Shown: one piece after another, positions 1 through 10,097 of the stretch
Layout: each line of letters begins with the position of its first letter
Position numbering within the stretch: position 1 is the stretch's first letter
Assembly: GCA_051294375.1 (NCBI GenBank)
Contig: CM119263.1
Span: 24,966,688-25,030,687, forward strand
Direction: 5' to 3'
From: Paraspadella gotoi
Taxonomy: Eukaryota > Animalia > Chaetognatha
DNA: 64,000 nt
Notes under the pieces: model-generated
Seen by the model: only the letters and a program-made list of their open reading frames with translations
What the model was told of the DNA's origin: nothing
Database searches by the model: none
Translations under genes and position numbers: made by a program

Positions 1-25
1 TTTTTGTTTTTTTTTTTTTTTTTAT

Positions 26-64
<39 letters not shown>

Positions 65-256
65 TTCCCCTTTTTTTTTTTTTTTTTTTTCTTTTTTTTT
101 TTTTTTCTTTTTTTTTTTTTTTTCCTTTTTTTTTTTTTTTTTCTTTTTTTTTTTTTATTTTTTTTGTATTCTTTTTCTTGTTTTCTTTTTTTTTTTTTTT
201 TTTTTTTTTTTTCTTTTTTTTTTTCCCTTTTTTTTTCTTTATTTATTTTTTTTTTT

Positions 257-292
<36 letters not shown>

Positions 293-498
293 TGTTATTT
301 TTTTTTTTTTTTTTTTCATATTTTTTTTTTTTTTTTTTTTTTTTATTTTCTTTTTCCCATTTTTTATTTTTTTTTTTTTTTTTTATTTTTTTAGTTTGTC
401 TTCTTTTTTGTTTGTTTTTCTTTTTTTTTCCCATATTTTTTATTTTTTTTTTTTCTTTTTTTTTTTTTTTCTCTTTTGTTCTTTATTTTTGTTTTTTT

Positions 499-540
<42 letters not shown>

Positions 541-687
541 TTTATTTTTTTTTTTTCTTTTTCTTTTTTTCTTTTTTTTTTTTTTTGTTTTTTTTTCTTT
601 TTGATTCCTTTTTTTGTTCTTTTATTTTTTTTTTTTATTTTTTTTTTTTTTTTTTTTTTCTTTTTTTTTTTTTTTTTGTTTTTTTTT

Positions 688-719
<32 letters not shown>

Positions 720-968
720 TTTTTCCTTTTTTTTTTTTTTTTCCTTATTTTTTTTTATTTTTTCTTTTTATTTTAGTTTTTTTTATTTTTTTTTGTTTTT
801 TTCTTTTTTTTTTTTTTTTTTTTTTTTATTTTTATTTTTTATTTTTATCTTTGTTTTTTATATATCTGTTTTTCTTTTTTTTTTCTTTCTTTCTTTTATT
901 TTTTTTTTTTTTTTTTTTTTTATGTTCCCTCATTCTTTTTTTTTTTATTTTTTTTTTTCATTTATTTT

Positions 969-1000
<32 letters not shown>

Positions 1001-1573
1001 TTATTTATGTTTTATGATTTTTTTTTCTGTGTGTTTTTTTTTTTTTTTTTTTTTCCTTTTTTTTTTTTTTTTCTGTTTTTTTTTTTTTTTTTTTTTTTTT
1101 TTTCTTTTTTTTTTCTCTTTCTTTTTTTCCTCTTCTTTTTTTTTTTTATTTTTTTTTTGATTTTTTGTGTTTTTTCCTTCTTTTTTTTTTACTTTTTTTT
1201 TTTTTTTAATTTTATTTTTTTTTTTTCCTTTCTTATTATTATTCTTTCATTTCTTATTTTATTTTTTTATTTTTTTTTTTGTTTTGTTTCTTTTTTTTTT
1301 TTTTTTTTTTTTTTTTTCCTTCTTTTTTATTTGTTGTTATCCTTTTTTTTTTCTTTTTTTTTTTTCCTTTATTGTTTTCTTTTTTTTTTTTTTTTTTTTT
1401 CTTTTTTTATTGTTTTTTTTTTTTTTTTATCTTTTCGTTTTTTTTTTTCTTTCTTTCAATGTTTTTTTTTTATTTTTTTTTATTTTTTTTTTTTTTTTTT
1501 CCCTTTTATTTTATCTAATCTTATTTTTTTTTTATTTTTTTTGTTTTTTTTTTTATTTCCTTCCTTTTGTTTT

Positions 1574-1604
<31 letters not shown>

Positions 1605-1643
1605 TCTTTCTTTTTTTTTTATTTTTGAATTTATTTTTGTCTT

Positions 1644-1679
<36 letters not shown>

Positions 1680-2364
1680 CCTTTTTCTTTTTCGATTTTT
1701 TTTATTTTTGTTTTTTTCCTTTCTTTTTTTTTTTTTTTTTTTTTTATTTTATTTCTTTTTTTATTTTTTTTTTCTTTTTTTTTTTTCTTTTGTTTATGTG
1801 TTTTTATTTTATTTTTGTTTTTTTTGTTTTTTTTTTTTTTTTGTTTCTTTGTTTTTTTTTATATTATTCTTTTTTTTCTTTTTTTTTTTTTTCTTTTTTT
1901 TTTTTCTTTTTTTATTTTTTTTTCTTTTTTTTCTTTTTTTTTTTTTTCCTTTTTTTTTTCTTTTTTTTAATTTTTTTTATTTTTGTCTCTTTACTTTTTC
2001 TCTTTTTTTGTTTTTTTTTTCTTTGTTTTTTTAATTTTTTTTATATTGTTTCTTTTTTCTCCTTTCTTTGTTTTTTTCATTTTTTCCTTTCTTTTCCTTT
2101 ATCTTTTTTTTTGTTTTTTTTTCTTTTTTAGTTTGGATTTTTTTTTTTTTTTGTTCTTTTTTCCTTTCTTTTTATTTTTTTTTTGATCTTTTTTTTTTTC
2201 TTTTTTTTTTCCTTTCCCCCTTTTTTAAATTATTTTTTTTTTTTTTTTTTTCCCTTTTTTTATTTTTTTTTTTTTTTTCTTTTTTTTTTTCCTCGTGATT
2301 TTTTCTTTTTTTTTTTTTTTTTATTTTTTTTTTATTTTTTTTTTTTTTTTTTTTACTTTTTTCT

Positions 2365-2411
<47 letters not shown>

Positions 2412-3227
2412 TTTTTTTTTTTTATTTTTTATTTTTTATTTTTTTTTTGTTCTTTTTCCTTTTTTATTTTTTCTTTCTTCTCTTCTTTTTATTTTTCCCT
2501 CCTTTTTATATATTTTTTTTTTTTTTTTTCTTTTTTTTTTTTTGTTTTTTTTTTTTTGATTTTTTTATTTTATTTCTTTTCTTTTTGTTTATTTTTTCCT
2601 TTTTCTTTTTTTATTTTTTTTTTTTATTTTTGTTTGTTTTTTTTTTTGTCTTTTTTTTTTCTTTTCTTTTTTCTTTTTTCCCCTTTTTTTTTTTTTTTTT
2701 GTTTATTTTTACCTTTTTATTCTTAGTTTTTTTTTTTTTTTCTTTTTTTTTTTCTAATTTTATTTTATGTTTCTTTTTTTTTTTTTTCCTTTTCCTGTTT
2801 TTATTTTTCTTTTTGTTATATTTTGTTACTTTTATCTTTTTGTCATTATTTTTTTTCTTTTTTTTTTTCCTTTTTTTTTTTTATTTCTTTCCTTTATTTT
2901 TTTTTTTTTTTTTTCTTTTTTATGTTTTCCTTTTTTTTTATCTTTGTATTTTTGTTTTTTTTTTCTCCTTTTCTTTTCTTTCTTTTTTCTATGTTATTCG
3001 TTTCCTTCTTCTTTTTTTTTTTTTTTTTTGTTTCTTTTTTCTTTTTTTTATTTTTTCTTTTTTTTTTTTTTTATTTTTTTTTATTTTTTTTTTTTTTTTT
3101 TTCTTATTTTTCCTTTATTCCCTTTTTCCTTTTTTTTTTTTTTTTTTTTTTTTTATTTTTTTTTTTTTAGGTTTCTTTTTTCTTTTTTCCATTCTCCCTT
3201 TATTTTTTCATTTTTTGTTTTTTTTTA

Positions 3228-3260
<33 letters not shown>

Positions 3261-3349
3261 CTTTTTTTTTTTTTTTTTATTATTCCCTTTTATTTTTTTT
3301 TTTTTTTTTTTTTTTTTTATCTTTTTTCAATTTTTTGTTATTTATTTCT

Positions 3350-3383
<34 letters not shown>

Positions 3384-3430
3384 CATTTTCCTTTTTTTTT
3401 TTTTTTCTTTCTTTCTTCTTTCTTTCTTTC
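1..3430. repeat. Degenerate poly-T low-complexity tract, likely sequencing/assembly artefact
   Basis: Overwhelmingly T with scattered A/C/G and no periodicity. The poly-Phe ORFs are spurious. It lies where the last Ddc exons should be. Confidence 0.85.
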
Positions 3431-3545
3431 TTTCTTTCCTCTTTTTATCCGCTAAGGTTAAGAAAGTAACTGGCCAACAACAATGACTAAAACAACAGAC
3501 ACGAAGAAACAATGACAAAAAAAAACCGCCTCGACAATAACTGAC

Positions 3546-6227
3546 CTTTCTCACGTGAGCCTGCAATCGCTCAACGCCGAACGTTCGAACGACGAACCAG
3601 ATCTTGAGCGATCTAAACCGTCGACCCAACGGGATCTGCCAGTGACGATAGTCGGGAACGATCCCCTGGTGGGCGTGGCGTAAGTAGACCGGGTTGACGT
3701 CGAAGGCCGACGCCATCTTTGACGCGTCGCGGAGCCAAAGTGCGGAACAGTCGAAGTTGACCAGGAGCCACTGGGTTGATTGAACGGAAAGTTTGGAGGG
3801 AGCATTATCTCATGCTACTAAATCGAACCAAATAATTTTTAGTTGGTTATTGGAAACATACGTACTGTATTCGTCATTTAGAATAATACATATTTGTTAT
3901 GAAAAATTTGATTTAATTCATCTGTTACTGTGATTGTTGACCCATGGTTTATTTATTATTTTTATATTATATTATTTCTATATTTTTTAAAAGATGTTTA
4001 GAGTATATCACCTTGTGCGGATTAAAATTGAAAGAGTCAGCCATTTCCACGCCTTCGAGAAGATAGCGGAACTCCTCGCACACGAGGGCGCAACCGGCGT
4101 AAGCGGCGTCGACGTGGAACCAAACGCCGGCGTCGCTACAGACGGCTCCGATCGACGAAAGCTGAAAAAGACAAAAGAGCAACAGACTAAAAAAATAACA
4201 TTCTTTTAGAATGTTAGTAAGATATTGTTGTATTGAATTTTGGAAATAAAGAAAAGAAACGACAAGATTTAATGTGAAAGAAACCATCCTCCACCGAGTC
4301 ACCGACTGTGATCTCAAAAAAAGGGTTACTTAATCTCCTTAACGGTTAACCCCCTTTCACCCTCTTCCCGACATTGCGATTTCACTTCCACGCCCCCTAC
4401 ATGGTCAAATGCGCAAGAGGAGGTGGTGCCCAGGGTGGCGACGACGCAGAAGGGACGCAAACCGTTGCTGACGTCCGACTCCATCGCCGACCGCAACGCC
4501 TCGCCCGTCATTTGACAGGCGGAGTTGCTCGCTACTTTATTCACCGTCACGCCTGATGAAAAAAATATTTAGAATGAGAGTAAGATAGATAGAAAGAAAG
4601 CGGAGAGAAAGAATGAAAGTAGGAAAGACAGAAAGAATCAAAGAATTCATCAAATAGAGAATTTACCGGCCATCATGCCGGCCCTTTCGACAGAGCAATG
4701 CGCTTGATCCGAACAGTAAAGAATCATTTTGGAGAAGGGACACTTGTCCTTTCGGTTCGATTCGCTCCTGGCGGCCAAAACCGCCACTAGAGTCGCTTCC
4801 GAAGCCGTTCCCTAATATTGAAAAAAATTTTACTTACATAAACGGTTTTAAAAATCAAAATATAAAAAACGGACTACCATATGGTAAGCAACAAAAAATA
4901 AGTTTTTATACCTATGATAAATTAATTGATTGATTTACGAAAGCCCAAAGGACACCTGAATGACACCGCCGCCCTTTGACGGACGGCCCTCCGCGCCTTC
5001 CTCGAAAAGGAAGTGTTCCGGGAGTCCGAGCATCTTCGCCAGCCAGTTCATCATCCTCATCTCCAGCTCCGTGCAGCTCGGGCTCGCAATCTGACAAGTT
5101 ACCAAAAACACAATGCTACGAAAATTTTCTTTCTTTTTGCTACGCCGTTTAATTTCAGGAGCGTTGGAGAAAAATTTGTGAGTACGGCAGTATCGAAATA
5201 GTTTCTGTTTTAATTCTTTCTTTTCTTTGCGTATTGTGCATTAAATGACAAAAAAAATTGTTCTGTTTAGAGACAACGAATTCATTTTATTTTATTACTA
5301 ATGATAAAATGAATTAGTTATCTAAAAACAAACAAATTGTTCTCTTTTAATGTTATAATCTTCAAAAAAAGGTGGAATGTGGCGGTATATTCATTCACAC
5401 CGCCTCACCTCCAGCTTCCTTCTGTCAATCCTATTAGCTCTGAGGGGGAACGCACCATCCTAATTGTTACAGTCCTAACGACTTCTCTCGGTGTTGGCAA
5501 AGCGAGACCCTCCTTGTGTAACCGCGCCAGTGGCTTACGGCGTCACTGAGGGTCGGAAGCCTCTATGCCAACAGTGAGATGCACCATCCCAATGGGCTTC
5601 GCAGGACACCCGGCTGTTGCTATAGGAGCTGGATTAAGTTAAGTAGATTCAATTGTTCGGTTCGAAATCTCCCCTTTCCTAATCCGCCCACCCAAGAAAA
5701 TCCCACGCATCCGATGACGTCGCTCAACATGTCCGCTAAAATCGAAGGATAAGAATTTGCCGTTGGGAAGTAGGCGTGGAAGTTGGGATGGTGCCACTGC
5801 GTCACCCCCGGCACGATGACGTCCTCAACGTCCGACAAGATGGTGTCTAATGACTCTCCTTCCTGCGGGATAAGGTAAAGATTCAGTATACATAAAAGGT
5901 AAACGATACGACTGGAAGTCCGAGGATAAAAAATATAACAAAAGTCAATCTTCCGTGATTGCTATTAATTGATTTCCCTTCGGATATTTAATCATAATAA
6001 TTAATAGGGATGTAAGTCAGTAACATATAAAATATAATATCTGAAATTGGTACAACCAATATAAATATATATATATATATATAATATAAATATATGGTGA
6101 AAGGACTTTCGTTTCGTTGCGTTTTAAACTTGTGAGAGAAAACAAAGTTTATTTTTGTTTACAAACAACTAGTTTTATTTTTCAGCGCAATGTGAATTTA
6201 TCAAAATTTTGCCAAACATTATGATGA

Positions 6228-6278
<51 letters not shown>

Positions 6279-9200
6279 AGCGTCCAACAAAGAATTGTTC
6301 CCTATTTACTCTCAAATGACCTTACCTCTTTTCTCTTCACTCTCTCTCGGTCTCTCCTGTCCTTACCTTCAGCTGTCCTCACCATCAACGCTATCTCTCT
6401 CTCTCTTTCTTTCTCTTCATCATAATGTTTGGAAAAATTTTTATATATTCACATTGCGCTGAAGAAGACTCGAAAAAAGAGTCGAAACATGACGGTTTGA
6501 AAAATAAAACTCGTTGTTTTTAAACAAAAATAACTTTGTTTTCTCCCTCAATACATATAAATATATAAAAAACGGGGGAGCTTAAGCTTAGCGATAAAAA
6601 AACTCTGAAAGTCTGAAGGACTGAGTCCCCCAACACCAAAAAGTTAGATGCCAAACGCAGTTGGCGTCCCCAGTAACCCTGATCTTACGCTCTGAATACA
6701 CTCTTTTCACAGGAAGGTTTCAAGCTTTATTTTCAAATGCACAATAGTTGAAAGAAGAAAGAAAGAAATGCCATTTTACTTCTTTACAGTTTACGGGTTA
6801 AATAGTGCAGTTCGCAAAAGCTACATACTATTTACCATACTTATTAAGCCTAAGCAATTAAGCCATGAAGCATTCGTGCTATTGTGATTAAACGCTTCCT
6901 ATACATTTTTTTATTTTAATAAAAATATTATTTTGCATTATATTCAAAAATTTAATCAGAGACAGAGAATGAAAATTTTTTCTTAACATTATTAAAAATA
7001 AAATTGAGTAACAGGTTCAGACAATATACATAGACTCATCACCTAACTTTAGAAGATAGATTTTAATACACAACTCAACACAATACAAGAATTACGACAA
7101 GAAAGGCTGTATAATCGTCAAACAGTCCATAAACGAGAAAGAGAAGAAAGAGAAATGTTGATCAAAAAATCAGTGTCGTTTGACTTCTTAGTGAATGTAT
7201 AAGTAATAGTTGAAAATAATTATTTTTTGAAACCGTTTAAAAACCATATTCCTGACTAAAACCATACTTCGTCGGCAGAACTAGAAGTATAGTGCTCACT
7301 GCTCAGTATATATTAAAAAAATAAGCAGTCCTGTACAAGTTTACAAAAAATCGATTTATAGAAATTAGATAAAGATGTAATTTAAAGGCGGCTGTTTAAA
7401 ACCGCATACGTACATTAGTACTGAATATCCATGTTGAATTCCAAAAAAAACTAGTTTAGTTCAACAAAATTAGGATACATTAAATTCTCAACATTTTTTT
7501 AGATTTTTTTGCTTTTTAGAAAGTTAAGCATTTCAATACAAATATTTAATTTGGACACGAAAAATGTATACACAATGCGTCTACTACTTCAGCCAGAAAT
7601 ATTGTTATATTTGTTTTCGATTTTAAATAAAAAAAATCAACAACGAAGGAACAATTACAACGACAAACTGCAATGCATAAATATTATGCGAGTCCTGACC
7701 TGCGATCATTTTCATATTATCGGTTAATTTTTGAGTGAAATTTTGTGAATATTTTGATAACTTTAATTGTCTAAATTCACCCAGAGTTCCAAGCTGCTTA
7801 TGTAGACACGATCCTATAACCCAGCTAAAAAACTGAATATAGAGAAATTCCGGAGAATGTAGTTGATAACTATACTCAAACATGAAATTTTTTTGGGGAC
7901 TGAAGTAATACGGCCCTGATCTTGGATTAAATGCTCCATTAGAGATTCGAGATATCTTTGTCAATTTATCATTAGAAAGAATTTCAAAAAATAAATAGAG
8001 GAAAAAATAAAAACTTGAAACTAATAAAATAAAAAAAACCTTTTTTTTATACTCCAAAGCCTTTTTCTTAATCAACAGGCCATGAATCAACAACGATATG
8101 GGAACAAATAAAATAATGGTCAGAAAAATAAAATTATCCCAAATAAATTTCATTTCGATATGTTTCGTATGAATTTTTTTAAACAAGTTAATTGACCGAA
8201 ATTTAGTCTGATTTGAAAAACAAAGTTGATTTGAAAAATTCTGTATATCTTGTTTATTGCTGCTTTTTGAATTTAACACGATAACTAATAGAAATAAACA
8301 AATAGCTAAAACAATAATCGAGAAATAGTATTTAAATTTGTATCCGTTGTGCTTTCCAAAATTCGCAAAAAATGAAGAAAAGCCTACAAAAATAAAGTTC
8401 GTGATCAAATTAGTATGTTTAAAAATTAATAGTTGTAACTTCATAGACGGAGCGAGTAAGTTACGTCTCAGTAAACGCGTGACACCTTGTCCTGGAACGA
8501 TACTTTCAAACAATATTGATAGTTCAAAACATATAAACTCATAGATTATTATGCTTATCATAGATAGAATTTGAGGAGAAAATTGAACAGTTTTTTTTGT
8601 TGCTGTTGTAACAAAAAATATGTAGATTATACTGAGTAGTTGATCACATAATACAACTAGAAGCAGCAAGGAATAGTTTGGTCGGAACAGGACGTAGTTT
8701 CCCAAAGTGTACCGATAGGAGGGGATTTTGGCAATATTTTGTTTATCCTTTGGTTTCTGACACTCGGGCAGACTAATATTTTTATAATTATGAAGAACGA
8801 TACGATCCCATTTCATTCCTCTCATGTCATCGCTCACTTTTAGGCAAGATATTAAAGATGCCTTGTGGGACACGCGTACATAAAATAAAAGTTGATGAGG
8901 TTTGGCCTCTTTGATGTTTATCACCCCCGTAGGCGTAGTTTTTATTTTGTAATTTAAATGATAGTTAAAAGATTGAACAATTTTTAGTAATTCAACTGAC
9001 ATAAAAAATGACAATAAAAATAAGCTAATCAAAGATTCTTTAAAAAGCCTGGAAAAATTAAAACTTTTTTTGGTAAAAACCTTATTTTTGGAATCTCGGT
9101 TGAATATTTCATTAAAAATTACTTTTCCTTCGTTTAATTGTGAGAAATCGAAAACCCGAATTGTAATGAAAACAAAGAGCAAAAAAAAAATTTCCGAGAG

Positions 9201-9919
9201 TCTTACGCTGTAAACGAGAATGATGTACAAACAAACGGACAGTCCCACAGTGGTTTGCATAAGGTAAAAAAAAGAAGACATGCTTGCGAGAACTTTGTAA
9301 GCAATCTTGACGTCCGAGGCCTCCATGGTCCTATCCCTATAACTCGACGCCGTTTTTGCAATGCTTATTGTTGATAAAGCCAGGGAAATTATTTGCAACT
9401 TGTCCTTAAAATAGGAAAACTTTCATTTACGTTGGAAGTAGATAGTCACAATATTATCAATATAAATATCAATATTATTGATATTTATCGGGGTCAGTCA
9501 CCCGTTGCAGCCCTTTTCTTTTGCTAAGTTGAAGAGCAAAATATTTTGTTTAAATTTTAAGATTAACGGAAAAAATCGTTTTTTAACAACAATTTATTTT
9601 TATTTTTGCAAATAAAAATCGGACATGTTTCGACTCTTAGGGATTTCGAGTCTTCACTCTTCATCCACATTTAAATCATAACTAATCGGTTTCACAAACA
9701 TTGAGAGTTTAAGAGAGAGAGAGAGAGAGTGTGAGTTTGTTATATTTAGTTTTTCTCTCAATTTATCTTTGTTGTACATTATTAAATGTATTGATTTTTT
9801 TCCTCTCTCTCTCTCTCTTTTTTTTTTTTACCAATTTCACATCTTACTCCATCCTTCCTGTTTCACTTCACCTGTCCTCATATCTGACCACTGTCCTTTA
9901 CTCAATTTTTTGTTGGAAA

Positions 9920-9961
<42 letters not shown>

Positions 9962-10065
9962 TTTTACCAATATTACATCTTACTCCATCCTTCCCTGTTC
10001 TCACTTTCACCTGTCCTCATATCTGACCATTGTCCTTTACTCAATTCTTTGTTGGAAACTCTCTG

Positions 10066-10097
<32 letters not shown>

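Noticed and set aside
4-3486. Long poly-Phe and poly-Lys ORFs
   Set aside because: By-products of a T-rich tract that lacks stop codons; no coding signal.
4265-4355. Possible intronic H/ACA snoRNA in Ddc (hairpin, AGATCA, ACA on the minus strand)
   Set aside because: The second hairpin does not form convincingly, and such short boxes occur by chance.
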